Source: Phycisphaerae bacterium (GTDB taxonomy: Bacteria > Planctomycetota > Phycisphaerae > UBA1845 > Fen-1342). Taken from it: a stretch of 64,000 nucleotides of DNA. The notes beneath the pieces are model-generated. The model searched no databases, was not told the DNA's origin, and saw nothing but the letters and a program-made list of their open reading frames with translations. A program made the position numbers and the translations under genes. Below, in pieces: positions 30,572 to 41,894 of the stretch. The number at the start of each line of letters is the position of its first letter. Position 1 is the stretch's first letter. The stretch spans positions 1 through 64,000 of the forward strand of contig CAXXTC010000007.1 in the NCBI GenBank assembly GCA_963666925.2. Reading direction: 5' to 3'.

Positions 30572-33283
30572 CTACTCGAACTCGGCCGGTGAGATACGCG
30601 GCAGCGCACCCGGCGGGTCGCACGTCAGGCTGGCGACATAGTCGCGGCCGTGCGGCTCACAGTTCAGATCCAGATCTGAAGCGGCGGGCGCTACCGATAG
30701 CCACACAGTGCCAACCACCGTGCCAGATACCGTGACCGGAACATCGGGCTCGGCCGTATCCTGATCGACCAACTCGAGATCGTCACAGGTGCCCATCAGG
30801 ATCGCCACCATGACCGGAAACTCGGCTTGAACCGTCCAGTTGACATTCAGCGGCGCGCTGTGCTGGATTTCGTACCAATCACTATCTCGCTGCCCGTCGC
30901 TGGACCAGGCCGTCCCACAGACGATATCACCACATACCAGCGGTTCGAACGCCGGCGTGTTCATGTCACACCCGCCGTTGACATCGTCGCCACAGTCTTC
31001 GGCTTCCAGGTGCGTGGTCTCCGGCGGACAGGCCACCGTGTTACACTGATGGCAGGACGTGCCAACCCCCAGCCAGGTTGCCATCGTCTCTCCGTACCCG
31101 CCGGCCACCAGCGCTTCCACAAACGGGTCGATATCGTCGAAGTTCACCATGCCGTTGTCGTCCATATCACCGTTGTAGTAGTTGCAGTCGGGATGCATTG
31201 CGTAGTAGCTGTTGAAGCTGACCATCGCCGTTACGAAACCGTCGATGTCGTCGAAGTTGACGGAGCCATTGCAGTCCATATCCCCCAGGCGCCGCATGCA
31301 CTCCCGCCGAGTCAGTATCGCGCAGGTGTCGTCCTCGTAACAGCAAGCACCCTCGGCTTCGCCGCAAGGCGGGTCGAGGTCGATGCACAGGGTATTCGCG
31401 ACGAATCGCATGTTCGGGCCGACGCAGTCCATCTGCTCGACGTTGTCCTCGCAGGTTTCCAGGACCTCGTCGCAGCAAGCGCCGACTGGATAGCACCCTA
31501 CGTCCAACGCTCCGATCAGCCCGCAATCGGGCGCGTCGACACACGGCGATTCGGAGGACAGTCGGTAATCGCCGGCGCAGATCGGTGCATCATCAGCCGG
31601 CTGCGGATCGCAGAACTGCGGATCAGCGTCGATATCATCACCGAGCAGACAATGTATCAGCAGGGTATCGAACCCGCCCCAGTCACCCACAACGTTGCAG
31701 CAATTCACGGGTACGCCACCACCGTCGGCCCACCAGTCGTCCGCGATCACGCCTGACTCGTTTCCCCGGATGATCGAATGGTGCGGACTGCATTGCCCGT
31801 AGAGTCCGCCCCCAGTGTCCACGGCGTAGTTGGCGGTGACGGTACAGTGCTCCAATACGGCGTCACCATAGATGGCTCCGCCGTTGGTGGCGCGATTACC
31901 AGTAAACGTGCACCAACGGAACGTCGGGCTCTCATTCGGAGCGTAGATGGCTCCGCCGTTTGAGGGCACGATCATTGGCCCGCAATTGCAAAATCCAATC
32001 CCTTCAAAGTACGGTGCTCGTTCCATGTCCACGATGCTGAACGCGCGATGGCTGCCACCGCCGTTGATGAAGCAGGCCCGCGGATCCCCGCTGGCGGATC
32101 GGATGGTCACGCAAATGTCGGGGAAGGAGATATTCCAGTTGCCGCTGCCCGTGTACTCGGCGTCGCACAGCTCGATGATGTATCCATCGGCAGCCGCCGC
32201 CAGGGCGTCGGCAATCGTCGTATAGTCGCCGCTACCATCGGGACAGACCGTGATCACCGGCGTGTCACAGGCAGTCGGCGTATACACAACGTCGCCAACT
32301 TCACCATTCTGACTGTTCCCGCTGTCATCACCATCTTCACTGGAGTGGTTATCGCGCCACTCCCCGCGTCCTCCATCACCCCCACAGCCACAACCGTCGG
32401 CACCGTATTGATAACTGCCGTACTGGGCCAGCACGCCGTAATCCAGCCCGTGACCGCTGCCACCGGCCGCACTCCCGCCGCCCAATCCGCCATCTGCGCG
32501 GATCTGCCCGGAGTTGGTCAGTTGATTGTAATGGATTTCGACTGTGCCCCCGTCGCCGCCATCGCCTCCGCAGCCGCCACCACCACCGCCGCCGGCGAGG
32601 TCGTGCCATATTATCGAATACCACAGGTAGTACTCACCATTCTCGCCCGGTTCCCCGGCGTCGCCGTTTTCTCCGTCCGCATGGATCAACCCGTAGTTCT
32701 CCAGTCGATAGGCGAAGATCCGGACATAACCACCACCCTTTCCACCGTCGCTGCCGTCACCGCCGTCTCCGCCGTCGGCATCCGTGCAAAGGATCAGGTC
32801 GCCGTCACGCTTGGCGCCGCCACCGCCACCGCCGCCGTCACCTCCATCGCCGCCATACCCGGCTAACGGCGCCAACGGTGGTTCGCCTGGATCCCCGCAA
32901 TCACCATCGGTTGGATTCGTCGGCTTCCCGGGGGTGTTGTCGCACGGATCCCCTCCCAATCCGCCGTTACCACCATCGCCGCCAGGACCCCCGGAATAGG
33001 AGTCGGTGATCGTACCATGGTTGATGAGCGTGCCGCATACGCGCAGCGTATACCCGTGAGTGTCCAGTGTTACACCGCTCTCGACGGTCAGATTCTGGTA
33101 ATATCGGTGCCCCGATAGTGTGGTGTTATGGTCAATGACTACGGTGCCGTCGTACCCGTCGCCAAACGGGCTGCATTCCATACAGCAGTCTTCCGGCGGA
33201 TCCGCCGCAAGCGGACCTGAGCCCAGCCCGGCAATAAGCAGCAGAACCGTGAGAGCCCCGATGAACGATTGGTTCCCGTGCAT
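30572..33283 (-). CDS. Large secreted Gly-rich / beta-helix / Cys-rich / dockerin-like protein
   Basis: Signal peptide, GGxGGDGG tracts, GDYTTIADA...NGGAIY beta-helix, GACC repeats, two DxDxNGxVNFDDIDxFV motifs; AGGAG RBS. Confidence 0.85.
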   Translation of the reverse strand: MHGNQSFIGALTVLLLIAGLGSGPLAADPPEDCCMECSPFGDGYDGTVVIDHNTTLSGHRYYQNLTVESGVTLDTHGYTLRVCGTLINHGTITDSYSGGPGGDGGNGGLGGDPCDNTPGKPTNPTDGDCGDPGEPPLAPLAGYGGDGGDGGGGGGGAKRDGDLILCTDADGGDGGDGSDGGKGGGYVRIFAYRLENYGLIHADGENGDAGEPGENGEYYLWYSIIWHDLAGGGGGGGCGGDGGDGGTVEIHYNQLTNSGQIRADGGLGGGSAAGGSGHGLDYGVLAQYGSYQYGADGCGCGGDGGRGEWRDNHSSEDGDDSGNSQNGEVGDVVYTPTACDTPVITVCPDGSGDYTTIADALAAAADGYIIELCDAEYTGSGNWNISFPDICVTIRSASGDPRACFINGGGSHRAFSIVDMERAPYFEGIGFCNCGPMIVPSNGGAIYAPNESPTFRWCTFTGNRATNGGAIYGDAVLEHCTVTANYAVDTGGGLYGQCSPHHSIIRGNESGVIADDWWADGGGVPVNCCNVVGDWGGFDTLLIHCLLGDDIDADPQFCDPQPADDAPICAGDYRLSSESPCVDAPDCGLIGALDVGCYPVGACCDEVLETCEDNVEQMDCVGPNMRFVANTLCIDLDPPCGEAEGACCYEDDTCAILTRRECMRRLGDMDCNGSVNFDDIDGFVTAMVSFNSYYAMHPDCNYYNGDMDDNGMVNFDDIDPFVEALVAGGYGETMATWLGVGTSCHQCNTVACPPETTHLEAEDCGDDVNGGCDMNTPAFEPLVCGDIVCGTAWSSDGQRDSDWYEIQHSAPLNVNWTVQAEFPVMVAILMGTCDDLELVDQDTAEPDVPVTVSGTVVGTVWLSVAPAASDLDLNCEPHGRDYVASLTCDPPGALPRISPAEFE

Positions 33284-33708
33284 TTGAACCGACTCCTTTC
33301 TTTGACGCAGCCGGTCAGTTTCATTGCTAACAGCGCTGCGCAGACACAATCCCACCTCAGTCTCTGCAGCGGCTTGCAGGGCGGTTAGAACACCGAGTCG
33401 CCACCGGCATCAACCTCATGCTGGCCAGATACACGCCGCGCACTCAGCGACCACATCACCCTGGCCACCGTTGCCGATACTGATCTTCTTGGAGATCCGC
33501 TGCCCTTGTGGATCATGTCGCGGGCGCCCCGCACAATGCCGCGCGATCTCCACGTTCTCTGCGTCGCCGCTGGCTCACAGCCCAACCGGGCTGCTAGACG
33601 ACGCATCCGCATAGGTACTTATAGTCCCATAAACGGAAACAGGTTCGCGCATTTACACCATTTCGGTGCTTTTTCTCCTCTGTATCGCTTGGGTATGCCC
33701 CCACGCAC

Positions 33709-34812
33709 TCACGGTAGCCTTGTCGGGATTCTTGTACCCGTGGCGCCGTTTGGCTTAACCATTGTCCCCATCAACTCGTACACGCGTTGATATGCCGCCA
33801 TCACTTCCTCGCGGCGCAAATGAGCGGACTCCGGCACACGCTGGGGATGTCGCGCTGTAGCTTCCTCGAGCGCGGTCAGAATAGCCCGGGCTACAGTTAC
33901 GGGTGTATGGCCACTGCAATTGGCGAAGTTGAACCCCGAAGACAACAACTCATGCGTTGCCGGCGTGCCCCCGACCACGCATCGCTTGCCCAGCACCAGT
34001 GCCGCCAGCAGATTGCCCAATGGCGCTTGTGCCGCTGGCAACGACACTACTATGTCCGCCGCCGCCAGCAACTCGCCCAGGCTCAGCCGATCGCCCGCAA
34101 CCGCATCACGTAAAAACCACTCGTGTTGACAATCACGAGCCAGCCGCCTGACGCGCGCCAGGTCGCTCCCACAACTCGGCAGCACCAGCCGTACGTCCGG
34201 CCGCACTTTCTCCAGCACCATCGCCGCCCACGCGATCTGAAACGTCCCCGTCGCACGCGTCGCCGGCGGCAAGGCCAGCACCGCCACCTCATCCTCAGCA
34301 AGCTCCAACCGCCGCCGACAATCCGCCCGATCCGCCCCGCGCAACGCGCCGACCTCCACGATCGGTGGAATTACGGCACAATCATCCGCCGCCACACCGG
34401 CCTTGCCCCACGCACGCCGCGCAGCCGCATGTCGGCAAACGCATACCCGCGGACCAGCCACACGCATTAAACGATCCGCCGCCGGCCGCGTCGGCGGCAC
34501 ATCAATCACCAGCCCAACGCCAGCCGTCGGTCTTCCCGGCAACGCCCGCAACCCACGCTCCGTCCACACGTGATAGATTAGCATCCGCCCCGCCCGCACA
34601 CCCGCCGCACGCGCCAGCGCCAGCCGCGGCCACAACCCATCATGCACCCGCCGAACCCGTACACCCCCCGGCACCTGACACGTTCCAGGACCCAGGTGCA
34701 GCACTGTCGTCCACGCTCGCGAACCGCCCGCGCACAGCGCCGCTACGCTCGCCAACTGCTCCTCCGACGTGTCAGCACCGACCAAGTGTACGATTATGGG
34801 AACCACGTCCAT
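33709..34812 (-). CDS. Divergent GT-B (GT4-like) glycosyltransferase
   Basis: VIPP, RRRLEL, ELLAAADIVV; the canonical EX7E motif is not visible. Confidence 0.6.
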   Translation of the reverse strand: MDVVPIIVHLVGADTSEEQLASVAALCAGGSRAWTTVLHLGPGTCQVPGGVRVRRVHDGLWPRLALARAAGVRAGRMLIYHVWTERGLRALPGRPTAGVGLVIDVPPTRPAADRLMRVAGPRVCVCRHAAARRAWGKAGVAADDCAVIPPIVEVGALRGADRADCRRRLELAEDEVAVLALPPATRATGTFQIAWAAMVLEKVRPDVRLVLPSCGSDLARVRRLARDCQHEWFLRDAVAGDRLSLGELLAAADIVVSLPAAQAPLGNLLAALVLGKRCVVGGTPATHELLSSGFNFANCSGHTPVTVARAILTALEEATARHPQRVPESAHLRREEVMAAYQRVYELMGTMVKPNGATGTRIPTRLP

Positions 34813-34996
34813 CTACGCCTCGTACTTGCTACGCGAATAGTACGGGCCCCATTGTAGGCCCGCCCACGATCACGGAAACCCCGTAACAATGTCGCGTGTA
34901 TTATCGCCAGGTCGCCCGTAGAATGTCCCCCTTGTGGAGTGACCTCCACGACTGGGCCAGAATCGTTTCAACCGACACATAGGCGGGCCAATCCAG

Positions 34997-36259
34997 ATGG
35001 TCAGACGCATCGTAATCTCGATCATGCTGGTCGTCGTGCTCTTCGGAATCGGCGCCGGCACGGTAGGGCTGCTGGTTAGGCTCCGCGAGCCACCCGCCAC
35101 CACAACGCCCGAACGCATCGCACTCGTCGTTAACACAATCGAGCTTCGGCCACAGGCCACGGTTATCCCACTCGAAGCCTACGGAACCGCCCAGGCCGAC
35201 CGCATCGCGATCGTCGGCTGCCAGATCTCTGGACAGGTGATCGAACTCGCCGAGCGTCTCCGTCCCGGGGTGGCCGTCAGTGCCGGCCAGATGCTCGTCC
35301 ACGTTGACCCTCGCGACTACCAGGCCCAGCTCGATCGTGCCAACAGCCAGCTCGCCGCGGCCCAGGCCGCTCTCCAGCAGCTCGATGTCGAGCGGACCAA
35401 CGTGGAGCGGCTGGTGCAAACCGCCGAGGCCGAACGCGAAGTCACCGAACGCGAATACAACCGCATCCGTGACCTGCTGGAGACCGGCGCCTCGACGCCC
35501 CGCGAGCTAGACAACGCCCGGCTCGAACTGCGCCGTGCCGAGCGAACGCTTCAGACCCTCACCAATCAACTCGCCGTCCTGCCCCAACGCCGCGCCCAGG
35601 CCGCCGCCACCATCGACCTACGCGAGTCAGAACTCGCGCTCGCCCAACTGGACCTCGAACGCTGCACCATTACCGCTCCGTTCGATGGCCTACTCGACCG
35701 CGTCGACGTCGACCTCGGCGAGCAGGTCGCGCCGGGACAACAATTGCTCACCCTGCTCGATCCCCGCCTGATCGAGATCCCTCTCGAATTGCCCATTGCC
35801 CAACGCGACGCCGTCGAGCGCGGCACGGCGGTTCGGCTGCGCCTCGAGAGTGACGCGGCGATCGTCTGGAGTGGCCAGGTGTCTCGCCTCAGCCCCAGCG
35901 CCGACCAGGCCACGCGTACCTTCTCGTTATATGCCGAGGTCGACAACGACAAGCAGGCTGCGCCGCTGCTGCCCGGCATGTTTGTGCTCGCTTCGATCGA
36001 CGGCCCGCCGCTGCCGCAGGCGCTGCTCGTCCCACGCTACGCTATCCGCCGCGAACAGGTCTTCATTTGTGAAAACTCCGCCGCCTTCGAGCGATCGGTC
36101 AAGGTCCTTGCCTGCCTGGAGAGCCAGGTGGCGATTGCCGGCCTGGAACCCGGCACAATCGTGATTACCAGCAATCTCGATGCCTTGTATGACGGTGCTC
36201 CCGTTCAGCCCGCTCGCCACACGGCCGCGTCGCAGGAGCCGTCCGGGAGCGCTCCGTGA
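34997..36259 (+). CDS. RND efflux periplasmic adaptor subunit
   Basis: N-terminal TM, QISGQV, coiled coil, ITAPFDG, ATRTF, LLPGMFV. Confidence 0.93.
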   Translation: MVRRIVISIMLVVVLFGIGAGTVGLLVRLREPPATTTPERIALVVNTIELRPQATVIPLEAYGTAQADRIAIVGCQISGQVIELAERLRPGVAVSAGQMLVHVDPRDYQAQLDRANSQLAAAQAALQQLDVERTNVERLVQTAEAEREVTEREYNRIRDLLETGASTPRELDNARLELRRAERTLQTLTNQLAVLPQRRAQAAATIDLRESELALAQLDLERCTITAPFDGLLDRVDVDLGEQVAPGQQLLTLLDPRLIEIPLELPIAQRDAVERGTAVRLRLESDAAIVWSGQVSRLSPSADQATRTFSLYAEVDNDKQAAPLLPGMFVLASIDGPPLPQALLVPRYAIRREQVFICENSAAFERSVKVLACLESQVAIAGLEPGTIVITSNLDALYDGAPVQPARHTAASQEPSGSAP

Positions 36260-39200
36260 AATCGCTGCCCCGGTTCAGTGTCGAGAACCCCGTGCTGGTG
36301 AACATGCTGATGCTCACCATTCTGGTGGCCGGTGCGTACACCGCCTTAACGCTGACGCGCGAGATGTTCCCCGAATCGCGCCCCTCCCAGGTCTTCATCA
36401 CCACGCCCTACCCCGGCGCCACGCCCGAGGAGGTTGAAAAGGGCATCGCCATCCGCATCGAGGAAGAGATCAAGGACATCGAGTACATCGACAAGATCGA
36501 GACAACCATCTACGAAGGCGGCTGCTCGATCCTGGTGGACATGACCAACGATGTCACCGATATCGACGACAAGGTCAACGAGTTCAAGGCCGCCATCGAC
36601 GCCATCCCACGCGATGAATTGCCCGAAGAGGCCGAGGAAACCCGCGTCACCAAGTTCGAGCCGCGCCTGCCCGTAATCTCCGTCGCCGTCTACGGCGACG
36701 CCGACGAAGCCACGCTGAAAGATGCCGGTCGCCGGCTTCGCGACGATCTGCTCCTGCTGCCGAACATCACCGACATCGAGGTCAGCGGCGTTCGCAAGGA
36801 CGAGATCAGTGTCGAGGTTGTGCCCGAGAAGCTGACCGCGTACCAGCTTTCGCTGTCCAACGTCGCCGCCGCCATCCGCAGCACCAATCTCGACCTGCCC
36901 GCCGGCCAGATCCGTACTACCGCCCAGAACGTGGCCGTCCGCACCCTCGGCGAAACCGACGACGTCGAACGCATCGCCAACACCGTACTCCGTACCACTC
37001 CTGACGGCCGCATCGTCCGCGTGCGCGACGTCGGCCAGGTGATCGATGCCTTCGAGGACAGCGATACCAGCGGCCGCTTCAACGGAAAACCCGCCGTCGA
37101 CGTGATCGTCTACAAGACCGGCGACCAGGACGCCGTTCAGATCGCCACACTCGTCAAGGCGTTTGTCGCCGGAAAACGCGGCGAACCACCGCCACGCAGT
37201 TGGCTATCGGCCCTCGGCTTCGACCAAACTGCCCAGCAGGTCTGGGAGCGCTCGCAGACCGACCTTTACCCGTCCGGCCTGACCCTCGAACTGCACAGCG
37301 ATCTGTCCCGCTACATATCTGACCGTCTCGACCTGCTCAAGCGCAACGGCGCCTGGGGCCTCCTCCTGGTCTTTCTAACCCTGCTCCTCTCACTCAACTG
37401 GCGCGTCGCCTTCTGGGTCATGATGGGGCTGGTGCTTTCCATCGCCGGCGGCATCCTGCTCATGAGCATCCTCGGCGCCACCCTCAACTTGATCAGCATG
37501 TTCGGGCTCATTGTCGTCCTCGGCCTCATTGTCGATGACGCCATCGTCGTCGGAGAAAACGTTTACGCCCGCATCGAGCGTGGCGAAGCGCCCCGAATCG
37601 CCGCTGTGCGCGGCGCTGAAGAGGTCACCTGGCCGGTGCTCGTCGCCGTTGCCACCACCATCGGCGCCTTTCTCCCGCTGATGTTCATCGAGGGCCGCAT
37701 AGGCGATTTCATGGGCGTTCTGCCCATCGTGGTCGTGTCGGCCCTCAGCATCTCGCTCATCGAAGCGCTCATGATCCTTCCCGCCCACCTTTCCGACACG
37801 CTGCGACCGATGGGACCCAGCGCTGCCCCAGTGGCACCGCCACGCAACCGTATCCTGCGCGTCATCCACACCCTCCGCAGCCAGCAACGCGACTTGTTGC
37901 AAACCAGGCTTACCGGCCTCTACGAACGCATCCTCCGCGGCGCCCTCCACTATCGCTACGTAACGGTCACGGCGTCCGTCGTGGCGCTCATGATCTCGCT
38001 CGGCCTCGTCGCCACCGGCCATATCGAGTTCGTCTTCGTCCAGAAGATGGATTCGGAGACCCTCCTCGTAAACCTGGAGATGCCCGTCGGTACGCCCGCC
38101 GAAAAAACGGAGGACGTGCTCAAGTACGTCGAACGCCGCATCACCGACCCCGCCAACTTCTCCGAGGTCAAGTCCGCCTACACCCTCGTCGGGGCACAGA
38201 TCAGCGCCGGCAGTGGCGGAGCCACCGCCACAACCAGCTCACACATCGGCCAGATTATCATCGAGCTTACCACCGTAGATAAACGCGATCGCATCAGCGA
38301 CGAAATCGTCTCCGCCATGCGCGAGTCTGTTCCGCCCGAACAGCTCGCCGGCGTCAACTCACTCCGGTTCCAGCCACTGCACGGCGGCCCCGGCGGCGCC
38401 GAAATCGAGATCGAGCTGACCGGACCGCGCCTCGCGCAGATCCTCAACGCTGCCGAAACCATCAAGACCGAACTCGCCAGACAGGAGGGCGTCTCCGACA
38501 TCGACGACGACTACGAAGCCGGCCGCCGCGAACTGCAAATCACCCTCCTCGATTCCGCCCGCCCGCTCGGCCTCACTACCCAGTTACTCGCCACCGAAGT
38601 ACGCGGCGCCTTCTATGGCCTCGAAGCCCGTACCCTGCAACGCGATCGCGAAGACGTCGACATCCGCGTCCGACTACCCGAAAGCCGCCGCCGGAACATC
38701 CACGATCTCGAAAACCTCCGCATCGCCACGCCGCTCGGGACAATGGTCCCTCTCAGCGAAGTCGCTCGCATCGACGATTCTCTCGGCACCCCTACGATTC
38801 GGCGTATCGACCAGCGCCGCGCCGTCGTCGTCAGCGCCGACCTCGACCAGAACCGGAACAACGCCGAACGCGTCATTACCGCCCTCGGCCCAACCGTCGA
38901 ACGCCTCCAACAGACCCTGCCCGGAGTGCAGATCGATTTCGCCGGCAACAAACGCGAAACCAACAAGTCCCTCGGCTCGCTCCGCCGCGACTTCGTCATC
39001 GCCTTGCTGCTCATCTTCGTAATGCTCGCCGGACTGTTCCACAGCTACATCCATCCCCTCGTCGTCCTGACCGCCGTCCCCTTCGGCATGACCGGCGCAG
39101 TCCTCGGCCACTGGCTGATGGGCTACCCCCTTACGATCCTGTCGATGATTGGCCTCGTCGCCCTGACCGGCATCGTCGTTAACGACGCCCTCATCCTGGT

Positions 39201-39528
39201 CGATTTCATCAAGAAGGAAATCGCCGAAGGACGCGAGACGCTCGCAGCCGTCATAAACGCCGGCCGCCGCCGCCTCCGTCCGATCATACTCACCTCATTG
39301 ACGACCATTCTCGGCCTCGCCCCTCTGATGATGGAGCAGTCTTTCCAGGCCCGCTTCCTCATCCCCATGGCCATCTCCATCAGTTTCGGGCTCGCCTTCG
39401 CAACCGTCCTGACGCTCGTCGTCGTCCCCGCCATTTACCTGATCGTCGAAGACCTGCGCCGCGCGGGATTCTGGCTCTGGTACGGCACCACCACCCCCGC
39501 TCCGCCCGCCGAGCCCGCCACCGAATAA
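36256..39528 (+). CDS. RND efflux permease (AcrB/AcrD/AcrF family)
   Basis: 1090 aa; [37 protein letters not shown]. Confidence 0.96.
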   Translation: MKSLPRFSVENPVLVNMLMLTILVAGAYTALTLTREMFPESRPSQVFITTPYPGATPEEVEKGIAIRIEEEIKDIEYIDKIETTIYEGGCSILVDMTNDVTDIDDKVNEFKAAIDAIPRDELPEEAEETRVTKFEPRLPVISVAVYGDADEATLKDAGRRLRDDLLLLPNITDIEVSGVRKDEISVEVVPEKLTAYQLSLSNVAAAIRSTNLDLPAGQIRTTAQNVAVRTLGETDDVERIANTVLRTTPDGRIVRVRDVGQVIDAFEDSDTSGRFNGKPAVDVIVYKTGDQDAVQIATLVKAFVAGKRGEPPPRSWLSALGFDQTAQQVWERSQTDLYPSGLTLELHSDLSRYISDRLDLLKRNGAWGLLLVFLTLLLSLNWRVAFWVMMGLVLSIAGGILLMSILGATLNLISMFGLIVVLGLIVDDAIVVGENVYARIERGEAPRIAAVRGAEEVTWPVLVAVATTIGAFLPLMFIEGRIGDFMGVLPIVVVSALSISLIEALMILPAHLSDTLRPMGPSAAPVAPPRNRILRVIHTLRSQQRDLLQTRLTGLYERILRGALHYRYVTVTASVVALMISLGLVATGHIEFVFVQKMDSETLLVNLEMPVGTPAEKTEDVLKYVERRITDPANFSEVKSAYTLVGAQISAGSGGATATTSSHIGQIIIELTTVDKRDRISDEIVSAMRESVPPEQLAGVNSLRFQPLHGGPGGAEIEIELTGPRLAQILNAAETIKTELARQEGVSDIDDDYEAGRRELQITLLDSARPLGLTTQLLATEVRGAFYGLEARTLQRDREDVDIRVRLPESRRRNIHDLENLRIATPLGTMVPLSEVARIDDSLGTPTIRRIDQRRAVVVSADLDQNRNNAERVITALGPTVERLQQTLPGVQIDFAGNKRETNKSLGSLRRDFVIALLLIFVMLAGLFHSYIHPLVVLTAVPFGMTGAVLGHWLMGYPLTILSMIGLVALTGIVVNDALILVDFIKKEIAEGRETLAAVINAGRRRLRPIILTSLTTILGLAPLMMEQSFQARFLIPMAISISFGLAFATVLTLVVVPAIYLIVEDLRRAGFWLWYGTTTPAPPAEPATE

Positions 39529-39657
39529 CAAAACCCCGCCCGATCGCGAATGCCCCGCTAGCCAGTAGTGCTACTCCGTCAACAGTGCCACATCGCCCCC
39601 GCGATCCTATTTCGGCTTGTTCAACCCCCGTTGCGGTCCCCGTATCGGTTGGACCGG

Positions 39658-39999
39658 CTACCCCTTGGCCTCCTGCCTCTCCTTCTTCTCCTCAGACTTG
39701 CCTTTTTCAGCCTCGCTCGCCTTCAGCCGAATCGGGCCACGCAGCTTCCGACCGGGCCCACTATCCGGCTGCTCCTCAGTCGGCATGCTGATAACCTTCG
39801 GCGGCGCGATCATCTTCTCGTCATCCTGTTCCTCGATGCCGATCCAGGCCATGATCGTGTCTTCCAGGCTGTCCTCCCGCCGTGGGATGTGGAACGTTTT
39901 GCCGCACCGCTTACAGCGCGCCGAACGCCCCATCGCCTCCGCCGGCAGGCGATACTTCGCCCCACAGTTCGAACAGGCACACTTGATCGTGTCAGACAT
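39658..39999 (-). CDS. Zinc-ribbon (MJ0042-like) protein
   Basis: CSNCGAKY...ARCKRCGKTF; GAGG RBS. Confidence 0.8.
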   Translation of the reverse strand: MSDTIKCACSNCGAKYRLPAEAMGRSARCKRCGKTFHIPRREDSLEDTIMAWIGIEEQDDEKMIAPPKVISMPTEEQPDSGPGRKLRGPIRLKASEAEKGKSEEKKERQEAKG

Positions 40000-40250
40000 G
40001 ACTCACCTCGCGAATGCCATACATACGCATGCTCAGCGGGGATCGCCGCGACAACTTACGCGCGCCGATCAAGCCGGCACAACCTCGATAATGTCGGCTG
40101 TCTCCAGGCAGTATGAGCGAGATGAGGTAGATGATAGCTCTACAGGGAACGCAACCAGCCTATCGCATTCCACATATGATCGTATCGGCTTAGCCGACAA
40201 CGTGCAATGAAAATCCACCCACCCCCCCAAGCCAGCCCGCTGGATGCTAT

Positions 40251-41894
40251 TCATGGCCGAAACCACTGGTCACACCGGCCACACACCGGGAGCGATTCCA
40301 GATCCAGCACCGCCTGCGCCTCAATCGCCTCCCGCCTCCGCTCGCCACCCCAGATCGACGCCAGTGAATCCGTCCGCCAATCCCCCAGAACCTGCTCCCC
40401 ACCGACATCTTGCCCGCACAGCACCGCTTTGCCGTCAGCCAGCAACATCAGCCGATCCGCCAGCCGACGACAAGGCACCCGCGTGGGCGGCGTGGTGGTC
40501 AATAATACATCCGGCGGAAGCATCCCACCGTACGTGTTATAGCCCTCAATCACGGCCGACCCCAGCAGCCGAACACCCTCGTCGTAAAACGATTCAAGCT
40601 CCGCAATGGTCGCCGCACACCTGACCATGCTCGGAACCACCAGCGGCCGCGGCACCTGCTCAACCCGCCGACGCTGCTCAATCTGATTCAATAATGCAAT
40701 CACTTGATCATAACAGTCGGCCCGATGCACCTTCCGATAAGTCTCAGCCGTCCGCGCATCGATGCGAATCTGCAACACATCCACTTGCGTCTCAAACAGC
40801 GCGTCGATCTGTGCCGGCGTCATATCCACCAGCGCCGTTACCAGGCTGAGCCCATAGACACCCCCGCGACGCAGTCGCCGAAGCACCTCCCCCAGCTCCG
40901 GATGCCGCACCGGGTCCCCATGACCGCCCACCACCACCAGCCGATCATCGTACGCGCCCAGCTCTTCCGCCAACCGATCGATCGCAGCCAGATCCTCAAT
41001 CTGCCGCCGTGGCACCCGCTCTCCACGCGGCCGCAGCGTCGTCTCGGGCAGCGGATCATCAGTCGTCAGCTCCAGCTCGACCTCCACCGGCAGCGGACCG
41101 GCCCGATCCCGTCCAGCCTGACCCAGCCATTCGCACAACTCCGCCGCCGTGAGATCCTCACCAAGATCACCAATCGCACCACCCAGCAACTCACGCGACC
41201 GCCGCGTGTCCCCCAGCAGCCGCACCCGCATTTGCGCTATCTCCGGCGTGACGTGGTAACAACTGTGTTGCGTGATCGGGTCATACTGCGCCAACTCCGG
41301 CCGATAGCTGAGCGTCAGCCCCACCGGAATATTCAGCTCGATCACATCCGTGACCATACCACGCGACAGGCCGATGCCCGTCAGGCCTGGCGGCGCCTGC
41401 GTGAAGGCCAACTTGGCCGCTGACGCATGTTCGCGAAAATGCCGCGCCAACTGGTCAGAAAGCTCCGGATCGAGCAGCGCCTGGTGCGCATCAAAACAGA
41501 TCGCACCGTCGGCCTCGCCTTGATCCAGCGCAGCGAGCACGCTTCGCGCCTCAATGAACTCGTCGAACCACGTCGTTCCCAGCAGCGTGCCGCGCCAACT
41601 GTCCAGCCCCCACTTCCGGCCCGCTCGCAACAACGCTCGTCGCGGCCTCACCCCCGGGTCAACCGCCCACACTTCGACACGTTCGCCCACGCCGGCCTGA
41701 TTGACCGCCTGCTTGGCCGCAGCTTCGTCACGCGGCTGGACCACAACGGCCCGCTGTTCAACATCACGCAGCCGCGCCAGCCGACGCAGCGTATGCGTGA
41801 TCAGCGGTGCGCCGGCCAGGTCGGCCAGCAGTTGCGCCGGCCCGCCCGCAGGCGATTCCGCGAAGTCCGCAAACACCACGCCGACCAGTTTCAT
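40251..41894 (-). CDS. NTP-transferase-like + Cys-less radical SAM fold + SPASM/Twitch protein (spiro-SPASM-like)
   Basis: N-terminal LAGAPLITHTLRRL; VELELTT without CxxxCxxC; GGHGDP; C-terminal PC...LCGQD...LGD...SIW...CGRC. ATGA overlap with the upstream gene. Confidence 0.78.
   Translation of the reverse strand: MKLVGVVFADFAESPAGGPAQLLADLAGAPLITHTLRRLARLRDVEQRAVVVQPRDEAAAKQAVNQAGVGERVEVWAVDPGVRPRRALLRAGRKWGLDSWRGTLLGTTWFDEFIEARSVLAALDQGEADGAICFDAHQALLDPELSDQLARHFREHASAAKLAFTQAPPGLTGIGLSRGMVTDVIELNIPVGLTLSYRPELAQYDPITQHSCYHVTPEIAQMRVRLLGDTRRSRELLGGAIGDLGEDLTAAELCEWLGQAGRDRAGPLPVEVELELTTDDPLPETTLRPRGERVPRRQIEDLAAIDRLAEELGAYDDRLVVVGGHGDPVRHPELGEVLRRLRRGGVYGLSLVTALVDMTPAQIDALFETQVDVLQIRIDARTAETYRKVHRADCYDQVIALLNQIEQRRRVEQVPRPLVVPSMVRCAATIAELESFYDEGVRLLGSAVIEGYNTYGGMLPPDVLLTTTPPTRVPCRRLADRLMLLADGKAVLCGQDVGGEQVLGDWRTDSLASIWGGERRREAIEAQAVLDLESLPVCGRCDQWFRP

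Noticed and set aside
40251..41894. RiPP maturase cluster
   Set aside because: The SAM-cluster cysteines are absent, there is no precursor peptide or PqqD/RRE domain, and the context is glycosylation.
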